Shown here one piece after another: positions 32,184 to 40,891 of a stretch of 64,000 nucleotides of DNA. Each line of letters starts with the position of its first letter. Position 1 is the stretch's first letter. The position numbers were made by a program, and so were the translations under genes. Under the pieces are notes generated by a model. It did not search any database and was not told the origin of the DNA. It saw only the letters and a list, made by a program, of their open reading frames with translations. This DNA comes from an uncultured Candidatus Obscuribacterales bacterium (GTDB lineage Bacteria; Cyanobacteriota; Vampirovibrionia; Obscuribacterales; Obscuribacteraceae). The DNA is taken from contig CAZNEW010000006.1 in NCBI GenBank assembly GCA_964572515.1, positions 33,267 through 97,266 of the forward strand, written 5' to 3'.

Positions 32184-32869
32184 AACAAATTCTATTAGCC
32201 ATTACAATTACCCTCTTGATGCATCCGGCCCTGGCCCAGGGTCGAGGTCAGGTACCGCCTGGGACCGCAGACATGCCGGGTTCGTCTGGCGCCGTAGAAG
32301 GTGAAGCAGGATGCTCTTCGCCAGGCTCTGAAGGCATGCCAGATACTGACGCTGAATATCTGAAATTAGTGAACCAGGCAGCAAAATCTGGTCTTAGAAG
32401 CCAACGATATATTGGCAGCTTGATAGAGCTTGGTCTGCATTACAACAGGATTGGAAAATATACACAAGCCTGCTCGGCACTTACAAAGGCTCTTGCAATT
32501 GTGGATTCGGGAGCTCTAAAGCCCACTCCAATAGCCAATCGCGTTCCAGACAAAATCATCGAGCACCACGGCAACGACACAGTAAGCGCCGAAGTAATTC
32601 ATCAACCACTGCCATACGAAGAAACTCTCGAAGCATTATTTCCTCCTTTGGTCGAGTCAGAAATTGCAACCAACAAATTTGTCAACGCCGAAATTCACAT
32701 AAAACGCCAGATCAAACTTGCCACGGCCAATGAAGTATCTGGCAAAATCAATTTGATGTCTGCATATGGACAATACGCAAATTTGCTCAAGAAAATGAAA
32801 CGAACACGCGAAGCGGCTATCTATCAAAAGAAAGCTGATGATATCAACGCGACGTTCAAGGGACTTTAG
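32180..32869 (+). CDS. secreted hypothetical protein (third gene of the GT operon)
   Basis: Start at MKQILLAITITLLMHPALAQG (signal peptide), ATGA-coupled to the upstream gene. The ORF-track N-terminal extension overlaps the previous CDS. Confidence 0.6.
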   Translation: MKQILLAITITLLMHPALAQGRGQVPPGTADMPGSSGAVEGEAGCSSPGSEGMPDTDAEYLKLVNQAAKSGLRSQRYIGSLIELGLHYNRIGKYTQACSALTKALAIVDSGALKPTPIANRVPDKIIEHHGNDTVSAEVIHQPLPYEETLEALFPPLVESEIATNKFVNAEIHIKRQIKLATANEVSGKINLMSAYGQYANLLKKMKRTREAAIYQKKADDINATFKGL

Positions 32870-32871
32870 CT

Positions 32872-33381
32872 TTACGCAACACATTCGCATTGGATACAGT
32901 GATATTTTCGGGCTGGAAAATCAACTAATATAAGTGTTCCTTGTTGCTGTTCGACACCGCAATGGACACATGCTTTTGTCTTCAGCGCTTTTGCTACATA
33001 TGGTCTAGATTTTTCTTTGCGGCATTTAGCTATTTCTTGCAAAAACAGTTTAACTTCGCGGCAATCTTCTGGAGCATGCAGAAGTAAATTAAACAATGAT
33101 TGATATTCATCGTGAATTTTTTGCGGCCAGGGTGAAATGGAATTTCTCAATGCTCTGATTCTGTCAATTATTTTGTCATACGACGATTTAGCTCCAACTA
33201 AATTTAGATGACGAGCTTCATAACAGCGCAAACACTGTATTTTGCTTGCATTCCCGTACCAGATAAAAGTTTCACCCACTCTTATTCGTCTTCCACAAAG
33301 ACACCATCCACTGTATCGAGCTGTTATCTTGCGCGCCTTTACTTCCATATCCGCGTCCTCCCTGCTTCTTGCAAATATCAT
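32872..33381 (-). CDS. hypothetical Cys-rich (zinc-ribbon-like) protein
   Basis: CxC...CxxC at the N-terminus (WCLCG...CLRC) and CxxC...CxxC at the C-terminus (CVHCG...CIQC). Start may be the internal MEVK at 33348. Confidence 0.5.
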   Translation of the reverse strand: MIFARSREDADMEVKARKITARYSGWCLCGRRIRVGETFIWYGNASKIQCLRCYEARHLNLVGAKSSYDKIIDRIRALRNSISPWPQKIHDEYQSLFNLLLHAPEDCREVKLFLQEIAKCRKEKSRPYVAKALKTKACVHCGVEQQQGTLILVDFPARKYHCIQCECVA

Positions 33382-33441
33382 GCATTCAACAAACCTCCAT
33401 AAAAAGGTGCAATTACACAGTGACCTTGCTAAGATATTCGA

Positions 33442-33990
33442 ATGTTAAAACGAACAAAAATTTTTAAAATAGCAATCGTGCTTGCAATTTGTTTTGCAGC
33501 AAATTTCGAATCAAACGCTTGGGCTGGCGACACTAACGCATCACCAAGCGGCAAAGATTCAATCGACTATAATCCGCTGGACGATCCTTATCTAGATGAG
33601 GCAGGCGAATTCAGTCGCCAAAACGATGTGGTAAAAGCGTCATCCTATTTTAAGGCGAAACGATACGCTGAAGCATTGCAATACTACAAGAAAGCTTCAG
33701 AAACTACTGGAGACGACGGCGGAGCCAAAATCATGATGGGCTACTGCTACTATTATCTAAAACAATATCCCGCGGCGCTAAAGCAATATCAAACCGTTCG
33801 CGAATTCGGCAAATCAGCAGCAGTGCGTGAGCGTGCGCGGAAACTTGAGGTACAGCTTTCGCAATTAATGACTGGCACCTGTCCTGGAAGTTGCAGGATG
33901 GGTTACGTTCTCAAAAAAATCAAAGGTAAAGATGAGATCGTCAAATGCCCCATATGTGGTGGCACAGGAAAAGTGACTCCACGCAAATAG
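33442..33990 (+). CDS. secreted TPR-like protein with C-terminal DnaJ-type CxxCxGxG zinc finger
   Basis: Signal-like N-terminus. TPR-like AEALQYYKKA / PAALKQYQTV. C-terminal CPGSC...CPICGGTGKV. Confidence 0.6.
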   Translation: MLKRTKIFKIAIVLAICFAANFESNAWAGDTNASPSGKDSIDYNPLDDPYLDEAGEFSRQNDVVKASSYFKAKRYAEALQYYKKASETTGDDGGAKIMMGYCYYYLKQYPAALKQYQTVREFGKSAAVRERARKLEVQLSQLMTGTCPGSCRMGYVLKKIKGKDEIVKCPICGGTGKVTPRK

Positions 33991-33993
33991 TAA

Positions 33994-34806
33994 TTATGGT
34001 GAAAACAGCTGACAAACGCTGATGCCACCTTTGGCATCATAAACTATTCCGATTCCAATAGACTGACCTGTGTTATCTAAAATGTTCTTTTTGTGTCCAG
34101 GTGAGTTCATCAAATCTTTGTCAGCCATTTCAACCAATACCGGACCCGGCAGATTGAAAATTGTGTATGCAATATTTTCACGCACCCAGCCGTTGAATCC
34201 ACCCGCCTTGGCTCTGTCGCGCGGGTCTTCTCCACTAGGATTTACGTGGTCAAAAAATCTACGCTTAATCATATCTGCTGCGTGTCCACGCGCAATGGTG
34301 GCAAGAGTTGAGTCTTGCGAAAGAGAACCCAGTCCCGCATCTTTTCTATGCTTATTCACTAGCGAGACCATATAGCTTTCAAGCTCGCCAGTATTAGCTC
34401 GACGCGCACCAGTTGCAACGCCACCACCCATTGGAGGTGAACCACCATGACTATCATGACCTCCACGGCTTGAACTAAGAGTGGGTCTAACCGATTGATA
34501 GGCCGGCGGCGCTGCTTTCAATGCCTTGAAATTTCTTACTTGCTGAGCAAGGGACGAAGTCAAACTGCTTAAGCGTTTGCCGATGTCCTCTTCGCTTTTA
34601 CCAGCCTTGACGTCGCTTTCAATATCTGCAAGAGCCTTCTCATAAGGCGTGGTGCCAACCCCAGCTTTTTTGGCTTTTACTAAATAATCATACACTTGCT
34701 TTCGTTTTTCAAATTCAGGTCCGGGTGCTACGGCGTCTTGCGCCAACGAAACGCTGGCGCTGAAAATCGAGGCTACAATTATGAGAGTTTTTAGAGTCGA
34801 TTTCAT
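33994..34806 (-). CDS. secreted CAP/SCP (YkwD-like) domain protein
   Basis: Signal peptide. CAP motifs ARGHAADMIKRRFFDHVNP...ENIAY...MNSPGHKKNILD...IGIGIVYD. Confidence 0.8.
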   Translation of the reverse strand: MKSTLKTLIIVASIFSASVSLAQDAVAPGPEFEKRKQVYDYLVKAKKAGVGTTPYEKALADIESDVKAGKSEEDIGKRLSSLTSSLAQQVRNFKALKAAPPAYQSVRPTLSSSRGGHDSHGGSPPMGGGVATGARRANTGELESYMVSLVNKHRKDAGLGSLSQDSTLATIARGHAADMIKRRFFDHVNPSGEDPRDRAKAGGFNGWVRENIAYTIFNLPGPVLVEMADKDLMNSPGHKKNILDNTGQSIGIGIVYDAKGGISVCQLFSP

Positions 34807-34867
34807 AATCTCTTCCTTCCATGCACCATGTTATCATTTTTGACTCAACTTCATGTAGGCGGTAAAG

Positions 34868-36715
34868 ATGTATTCAAGTATCTCGTTTTTGCGCTGCACC
34901 GTAACTGTTTGCTCGATTATCCTTGCAACAACTTTCGGAGCAGCAGTAGCAAAAGCCAGCACCATCACGAACGAGACCGAAGTACAAACCAAGTCATTAC
35001 CGCAATCAGTCACCAATTTAGACTTGTGCACCCTCGCCTACCAACTCTATCACCAGTCTTTATGCTTGCCACTAGATCCCTGGTACGACATGATGTCCCG
35101 CGTGGGCAGCGACCGTCGCATCAATATTTGCAAATTCACTCACGACTATGCCCAAAATTTAGGCGGATACTATAGCGGACCTAATGCTGCCAGAGGTTTT
35201 GGCGCAAGCAATCGCAATCTCGATCCCATTCTTTCAAATTATAAATATATCGACGCCAAGCTTCCAACGTTTAATCGAGATGGCGAGATATTTTTAGCAC
35301 TTCAAGCGCCGACTTATATCACCCAAAATATCAAAACAATTGAGGGCATCAGATACAGGTCAAAACCAACAAGTTATCCTCACAACGATACAGAAAAATT
35401 CGCAATTCGCCAATATCCAAGCGGCGAAGACCACATCGTAGTATTTGAGGGTGGAACAGGAAATACTGGCATTACAGGTGGTGCACAAGCTACAGATCCA
35501 TCCTGGAGCCTGATGGGCTTTGTGATGATGAAAAAGACACTAGCCGGCTACGATGCCCATATTGTTTTCCGCGGTAGCCGGAGCGGAGCGTCGCTATTAA
35601 AGACAGTTTGGAGAGCACAAAATTTCATTGGCGAACCTAAAGGCAATCCCGACTGGATAACCGATTTGCGCGGCATGAAACAAGTGGAGCATCCTCTTAT
35701 TAGCAAAGTTGGCAAAGTTACTCAAGGATTTTCAGAGTCATTACCTACTATGCTTGGAACAATTACAGCATGCTGCAAATATCTCGAACAGACTTATGGT
35801 GCTCCTCAAAATATTTATGTCACTGGGCATAGTTTAGGAGCAGGGCTTGCCACACAATTTGTAAGCGCAGTAATGCAGGGCAATTATGGTGAAGAGCTCA
35901 AGCAAGAAGTAAAAACCTGGCCATGGCAGAATACAACTCTCATTGCTTATGCCCAACCAATCCCTGGCGATACTACCTGGGCATCTAACTTCGACAAACT
36001 CACTCCCACAGCTGAGCACTACTGGGTAGAAGGAGACAGTGTTGTCGAGGCGACAGATGGTCGTATCGTCGGCATGATTATAGATAAAGGCGCACACAGC
36101 GGCGTGCAAAAGAAACTTGCGATGGTTTCTGAATGCTCAGATAATCCACACGAAGTTTTTGTAATCCGAGCCGCACTTATTCGGGATTTGCTTGCTAAAA
36201 CTGTCAGTCTTGGCTCTCTGGCTGAAACTAAGGAAAATAACTGGGGTTATTATGAGAACTTTTCCAAAATGCTCAAAGGACAACCCAAGAACTATGTAAT
36301 ACCAAATACAGTGGCTTGCCAATTCGTAACGGATCAAAATCTTCGTCCTATCTTACAAAACTGCGACTTCAGCGCCAATTTCGAAAACTGGCTTGAACAG
36401 TCGTACGCCAGAATGATAGTAGAAAAAAGCAGCTATATCGGTCCAAAATTTCAAAGTACTTTGGATGAGCGAAAAAAAACCGTTCTCGACATTATCGCCA
36501 AGATGAAAGAGGCTTCGCCGAACGACAACCTTCAAGCATTAGGGAATTTGGAAAACGACAATAAACTCGTTGATGATACTCTTGGACTGAGTAATGAAGA
36601 ACAATGGATTTACTGCGGTATGATTCTTTCTCGCATGCAAAATTCGAGCTTGACTCTAAACAATCTAGAGTCAAACTCAATCATTAATACATGTCTGGAT
36701 TCGAAGTTCGAGTAG
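34868..36715 (+). CDS. secreted class 3 lipase-domain protein with long C-terminal extension
   Basis: Signal-like N-terminus. Nucleophile elbow VTGHSLGAGLATQF (GxSxG) in a Lipase_3-like context. Confidence 0.75.
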   Translation: MYSSISFLRCTVTVCSIILATTFGAAVAKASTITNETEVQTKSLPQSVTNLDLCTLAYQLYHQSLCLPLDPWYDMMSRVGSDRRINICKFTHDYAQNLGGYYSGPNAARGFGASNRNLDPILSNYKYIDAKLPTFNRDGEIFLALQAPTYITQNIKTIEGIRYRSKPTSYPHNDTEKFAIRQYPSGEDHIVVFEGGTGNTGITGGAQATDPSWSLMGFVMMKKTLAGYDAHIVFRGSRSGASLLKTVWRAQNFIGEPKGNPDWITDLRGMKQVEHPLISKVGKVTQGFSESLPTMLGTITACCKYLEQTYGAPQNIYVTGHSLGAGLATQFVSAVMQGNYGEELKQEVKTWPWQNTTLIAYAQPIPGDTTWASNFDKLTPTAEHYWVEGDSVVEATDGRIVGMIIDKGAHSGVQKKLAMVSECSDNPHEVFVIRAALIRDLLAKTVSLGSLAETKENNWGYYENFSKMLKGQPKNYVIPNTVACQFVTDQNLRPILQNCDFSANFENWLEQSYARMIVEKSSYIGPKFQSTLDERKKTVLDIIAKMKEASPNDNLQALGNLENDNKLVDDTLGLSNEEQWIYCGMILSRMQNSSLTLNNLESNSIINTCLDSKFE

Positions 36716-36719
36716 ATGA

Positions 36720-37493
36720 CTACTTGCCAAAAAGCTGACAAACTCTCAGCTGCCAGGTAACTGGATCGTACGCAATTCCAATTCCAACCACTTTTAGTGT
36801 TGGGTCAAGAATATTGGCTTTATGCCCTGGTGACTGCATTAAACGCTCATCTGCAGCTTCCACTTCCAAAATACCATTGCCACCCATTGCAGTTCGCGCG
36901 ATATTTTCACGAACGCCATTTTTATAGCCAGCTTTCTGCGCTCGTTTGAATCCGTCCAATCCATCTGGATTGGTGTGGTCGAAAAACTTGCGTTTAATCA
37001 TGTCATCTGCGTGTTCGCGAGCACATCGTGCAAGAGTCCCGTCAGTACCAATCGTTGGAATGCCATTTTCTTTTCTATGCTTATTCAAAAGAGTGAGCAT
37101 ATAGCTTTCCAATTGCGACACTGGAATTTGCTTTTTTGACTTCTTGAGCTTCTTCAAATTGGCAGGATCAATTGAGGAGCCCATACCAATGCCAGATGCC
37201 TTAATCGTTTTACGATTTTGCACTTGCTCGCTCAAAGCCCTGGTAAGTCTTACAATCTGGCTTTGTATTTCTGTCTCGGCTACACCACTTTTGACATCTT
37301 CTTCTATTTTGGCCAAAGCCGTGTCGTAAGGACCAGTTCCAAAGCCAGTCGCACGAGCTTTTTCCAAATAAGTTTTTAGCTGTTGACGCTTCTCAGCACA
37401 AGGTCCGGGATTTACTTCAGCCCAAACTGGAATGCTCTGAGTCAAGAAAGCAACGGACAAAAAACTGAATAATGGCAAATGACGAGTCTTCAT
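36720..37493 (-). CDS. secreted CAP/SCP (YkwD-like) domain protein, paralog of 33994..34806
   Basis: Similar over the full length to 33994..34806 (EKRQQLKTYLEKARATGFGTGPYDTALAKIEEDVKSG vs EKRKQVYDYLVKAKKAGVGTTPYEKALADIESDVKAG; MQSPGHKANILD). Confidence 0.8.
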   Translation of the reverse strand: MKTRHLPLFSFLSVAFLTQSIPVWAEVNPGPCAEKRQQLKTYLEKARATGFGTGPYDTALAKIEEDVKSGVAETEIQSQIVRLTRALSEQVQNRKTIKASGIGMGSSIDPANLKKLKKSKKQIPVSQLESYMLTLLNKHRKENGIPTIGTDGTLARCAREHADDMIKRKFFDHTNPDGLDGFKRAQKAGYKNGVRENIARTAMGGNGILEVEAADERLMQSPGHKANILDPTLKVVGIGIAYDPVTWQLRVCQLFGK

Positions 37494-37540
37494 AACTCGT
37501 CATTCTAGCAAATTCCAAATCCTTTGCATTAATCTTGCAA

Positions 37541-37942
37541 TTAGGCGCTGCGCCTGCGTTTTGACCCATTTTTAGAACCGTTATGGTGAGGAGTCATCTG
37601 ACCATCTCGTTCTGCCAATGGCTCTTCTGTGACTATTTCGCTGTCTGCTGAATTACCCTGGTTAGAACTGGCTGATTCAAACTGGTTGCCAATTTTTCCT
37701 AATAAATTCAACCCCTGCTCTTTTAATTTTTCTCCGTTTTCAGATAAGGTTTGAACACCTTTCTCTGTATCTTCCTTTATTCTGGCGCGTAATTTTTTGC
37801 CAGAGCTTGGAGCTGTTAAAAGCCCACCAGCAGCACCGGCCAAAGCACCTGCAGCGGCGCCCACGAAGACTCCCACTACGACTCCAGCCTTGAAAATAGT
37901 CACAATTAAACCTAAATTTGGCAATTTAAACATTTCATTCAC
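37541..37942 (-). CDS. YtxH-like / glycine-zipper membrane protein
   Basis: Gly/Ala-rich hydrophobic N-terminus (GVVVGVFVGAAAGALAGAAGGLL) followed by SGKKLRARIKEDTEKG. Confidence 0.6.
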   Translation of the reverse strand: MNEMFKLPNLGLIVTIFKAGVVVGVFVGAAAGALAGAAGGLLTAPSSGKKLRARIKEDTEKGVQTLSENGEKLKEQGLNLLGKIGNQFESASSNQGNSADSEIVTEEPLAERDGQMTPHHNGSKNGSKRRRSA

Positions 37943-38042
37943 CTGTCCTTACTCACTACTTAGCATTGACACTTGGGTGCGTTGCCGAATAAAGCAAACA
38001 AAGCGAATATCCAGAAAAATTGGCAAAAATACTTAGCTTAGG

Positions 38043-38771
38043 TTAGAACAATTCATCTCTGATGAGATTGCTCAACAACTCATTTATAGATTCTCTCCGA
38101 CAATCAGCCACCTCCTGCACCCGCTCCTCGAGCTTGGGCTCCAGATATAATCGGTAAGCCTTTGGAAGTGGCGTTAAAATGTCTTGATAACAAACTATTT
38201 GCCCGGCTGAAATTGCAAACTTAGCAACTCTTTTTTCCAACAAACTGCTCGATGAAATAGCAGCCAAGGGAATTCTTGACTGGCTAACTTCAATTTCTTC
38301 TAAATTCGCACTATCGAAAAGCTCCCCGCTTTTCATTTCCTTTTTGCAGTACACTACTTTTCCCTTAGCTTGCAGTTTAGCTCCCATTTCAAAACGAGCA
38401 GCATCGTAAACTCTCTGACGTTCTCGCTCTTCTTCAATCTCTTTAGCCATAAAAGAATGAAAAAGAACAGAACCGGTAAAAAAGCTTCCAATTAATGCCA
38501 AAGACCATTTACAGTATCGTTTTATTTTGGCTATGCCAACGGGACAATCACGCGTGATTACCGTTCCATCAGGTCTTCTATAAAGTGAGAAACAATAGCC
38601 AGTATCGCTTCCAATCAGCTTTACCGCTTCAGATGTAGTCATCTCGGAAATGTTGTAAACATTCAAATGACACTGCGAGCAGTATCGCTTCGTATCGGTT
38701 CCTTTCATACTATCCCATGGAACTTTGCATGGCGAAGCAATACGAATATCATCGAGATTAATATCACTCAT
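38043..38771 (-). CDS. Cys-rich N-terminal domain - TM - SAF-like domain - RHH-like tail protein (paralog A)
   Basis: N-terminus IRIASPCKVPW...RYCSQCHLNVYNISEMT...DGTVITRDCP, central TM helix, SAF-like KVVYCKKEMKSGELF...AISAGQIVCYQDI, C-terminal LEPKLEERVQEVADCRRESINELLSNLIRDEL. Confidence 0.6.
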   Translation of the reverse strand: MSDINLDDIRIASPCKVPWDSMKGTDTKRYCSQCHLNVYNISEMTTSEAVKLIGSDTGYCFSLYRRPDGTVITRDCPVGIAKIKRYCKWSLALIGSFFTGSVLFHSFMAKEIEEERERQRVYDAARFEMGAKLQAKGKVVYCKKEMKSGELFDSANLEEIEVSQSRIPLAAISSSSLLEKRVAKFAISAGQIVCYQDILTPLPKAYRLYLEPKLEERVQEVADCRRESINELLSNLIRDELF

Positions 38772-39504
38772 ATTTTTTCACCTTTTTCAAAATCCAAGCA
38801 CGCATCAGCTTTGATACCGATGTTTTCTTCTTCTTGGCTATGTCATCAATTTGTTGTAATTCTTCGGGATTGAGATTCAAATCAATTCCCTGCTCATATT
38901 TCCTAAAAATACTGTCTGAATCAGGCATTATGTCTTGCTCAGTCAAAATAGAATCAGCTGCAATGTCTTTGCTCAATCTCTTTCCCAAAACCAAATCCCA
39001 GTTCCAGAGCGCTCCCATAGGAACCTGGCGTGGACTGATTTCAAGACAGTCTAAATCGTCATTGCGCACACGATAACCAACTGGAAGATTTTTGTTTACC
39101 TTGATTACGCTTGCTTTTACAAGACCTCCGGCCTCAAGGTCTTTCATTCGTTCTATGCGATTCATTTCCTCACTAGGAAATAGTTTCGACCACTGAATCA
39201 TGGCGAGTAAAATTCCAATCAAGAAACTCGAGACGGCTGCATATAAATATCGCATTTGTCTGAATTCGATAGGACAGTCTTTTGTAATCACGGTCCCATC
39301 GCGCCTGCGCCAGAGTCTGATGCAAAGCCGCCCTTCGGTTTTGGTAATCAGTTGGGCCACTTCTTCTCGTGTCATCTCGCTGATGTTATAAACATTGAGC
39401 GAACACTTTGCACAATTGCGCACGCGATTATCACCTTTCATCTTCCGCCAGGAAGCTTTGCAAGGCGAAGCAATACGCACGTCTTCAAGATTGAAATCGT
39501 CCAT
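38764..39504 (-). CDS. Cys-rich N-terminal domain - TM - SAF-like domain - RHH-like tail protein (paralog B)
   Basis: Start set at MDDFNLEDVRIASPC by alignment with paralog A (MSDINLDDIRIASPC). Same architecture. 8-nt overlap with paralog A (operon). The ORF track extends to 39561. Confidence 0.6.
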   Translation of the reverse strand: MDDFNLEDVRIASPCKASWRKMKGDNRVRNCAKCSLNVYNISEMTREEVAQLITKTEGRLCIRLWRRRDGTVITKDCPIEFRQMRYLYAAVSSFLIGILLAMIQWSKLFPSEEMNRIERMKDLEAGGLVKASVIKVNKNLPVGYRVRNDDLDCLEISPRQVPMGALWNWDLVLGKRLSKDIAADSILTEQDIMPDSDSIFRKYEQGIDLNLNPEELQQIDDIAKKKKTSVSKLMRAWILKKVKKYE

Positions 39505-39625
39505 AGCAATATTCTCGATGTAAAAAACTGCCCCCAAATTCCATGCTAGTAGCAGCATCAAAATTCGGTACTAGGGAAAACCCTAGCTTGCAACAACTGT
39601 TGACAATCGCACGAGATGAAACCCA

Positions 39626-39634
39626 TGTTATAAT
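39626..39634 (+). promoter_or_regulatory. extended -10 promoter element (TGTTATAAT) upstream of the reverse transcriptase gene
   Basis: TGnTATAAT consensus seen directly. A TTGACA at 39600-39605 is 23 nt away, too far for a canonical -35. The predicted start is near 39641. Confidence 0.5.
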
Positions 39635-39638
39635 TGCC

Positions 39639-39710
39639 CCGATTACGATTCATGACCGGCGAGTCGCCTGTCTTAGTCCAAGGTATCCCCTTAAAGGTGC
39701 ACGTAATCGG
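39639..39710 (+). promoter_or_regulatory. structured 5' leader bracketed by a 9-bp inverted repeat (CCGATTACG / CGTAATCGG)
   Basis: Arms at 39639-39647 and 39702-39710. Small internal hairpins (GGCG-AGT-CGCC; AAGG-TATCC-CCTT). The right arm ends 6 nt before the RT ATG. Confidence 0.45.
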
Positions 39711-39716
39711 TAACAG

Positions 39717-40889
39717 ATGAAAATCAAATCGTCTAAGACATTGGATCAAATCTGCGAGGAACTGGGACTAAGGTCCCAGTTCTTGTTAGAGCTGTCGAAG
39801 CGCGCTTCAAGCCTTTATACGACTTACGATATTGCAAAACGCGCTGGTGGCGTACGCACTATTTCCGTACCTGATAAAGGACTCAAATCTGTTCAAAGAT
39901 CTGTTCTTGACATTGTTTTCTCGCGTTTTAAAATGCCAGCTCATGTACATGGATGCGTCAAAGGTCGCTCTATTGTTACTAATGCCAGAGGACACACCGA
40001 TCAAACACTGGTCATAAATATAGATCTGAAGAATTTCTTTGGAACCATTAGATATGAAACAGTTTTTGAAATCTTCAAAAATCAGTTTCATTTCGATGAG
40101 CATTCTTCCGAAATTTTTGCTCGCCTCACCACATATGGTGACTGTCTTCCGCAAGGCGCTCCAACAAGTCCAACTCTAGCTAATATAGCAGCACTAAAAC
40201 TAGATACCGCCATACTGAATATTTGTAATGAAAATCTCGCACCTGGCACATTTCATTATTCTCGATATGTTGATGACATAAGCATTTCGGGTGGACGAGA
40301 ATTAGGGCTACTGATACATGCCTTTTACGAATCTATTTTTGATTCAGGATTCAAAGCTAATACCAAAAAGTTACGCATTTCAAGACAATCTGATAGACAA
40401 AAGGTGACTGGAGTCACAGTAAATAAAAAACTAAATCCTCCAAAAAAATTATTACGCAAAGTTAGACAACAGGTTTATTACTGTAAGAAATTTGGCGTCG
40501 CACAACACTGTCACCAGGTTGGAATAGATCCAATTTCTTTTCAAGAAAAAATCTATGGCGAGCTGGGAATGATCGGAATGATGCGCCCCGACCTTGAGAC
40601 ATGGTTCAATCTTGATTTAAATCAAGCACTAGAAACCTATCATCCCAACGACAACAGTGAAGAACAAAAATTGCTCTTTTTGATAGAAGCAATAGACCAA
40701 GAGCTAAAAATTGAATTTGAATATGATTACTTTGCCGAGAATCAAGATAACAGCGTCCTGGTGGTACCGGTAGAAATCATCATGACTGAACGAGGTCAAA
40801 AGTATTTAAGAGGATACCAACTAGCACCAGAACAAGGTTGGGAAAAGTACTTCGTGAGTGAAATTAAAGATCTGCGCGCAGTCAAATGA
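39717..40889 (+). CDS. retron-type reverse transcriptase with WYL-like C-terminal extension
   Basis: YDIAKRAGGVRTISVPDKGLKSVQRSVL, NAxxH (TNARGH), NIDLKNFFGTI, LPQGAPTSPTLANI, YVDD (40266-40277), RQKVTGVTVNKKLN. About 80 extra residues: IEFEYDYF...VLVVPVEII...GQKYLRGYQL...WEKYFVSEIKDL. Confidence 0.85.
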   Translation: MKIKSSKTLDQICEELGLRSQFLLELSKRASSLYTTYDIAKRAGGVRTISVPDKGLKSVQRSVLDIVFSRFKMPAHVHGCVKGRSIVTNARGHTDQTLVINIDLKNFFGTIRYETVFEIFKNQFHFDEHSSEIFARLTTYGDCLPQGAPTSPTLANIAALKLDTAILNICNENLAPGTFHYSRYVDDISISGGRELGLLIHAFYESIFDSGFKANTKKLRISRQSDRQKVTGVTVNKKLNPPKKLLRKVRQQVYYCKKFGVAQHCHQVGIDPISFQEKIYGELGMIGMMRPDLETWFNLDLNQALETYHPNDNSEEQKLLFLIEAIDQELKIEFEYDYFAENQDNSVLVVPVEIIMTERGQKYLRGYQLAPEQGWEKYFVSEIKDLRAVK

Positions 40890-40891
40890 TT

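Noticed and set aside
39639-39710. Reading the 9-bp inverted repeat upstream of the RT as canonical retron a2/a1 repeats enclosing msr-msd.
   Set aside because: The enclosed RNA is only about 72 nt and has only short hairpins. That is too small for a classical msr plus msd. I keep it as an unexplained structured leader rather than a called ncRNA gene.
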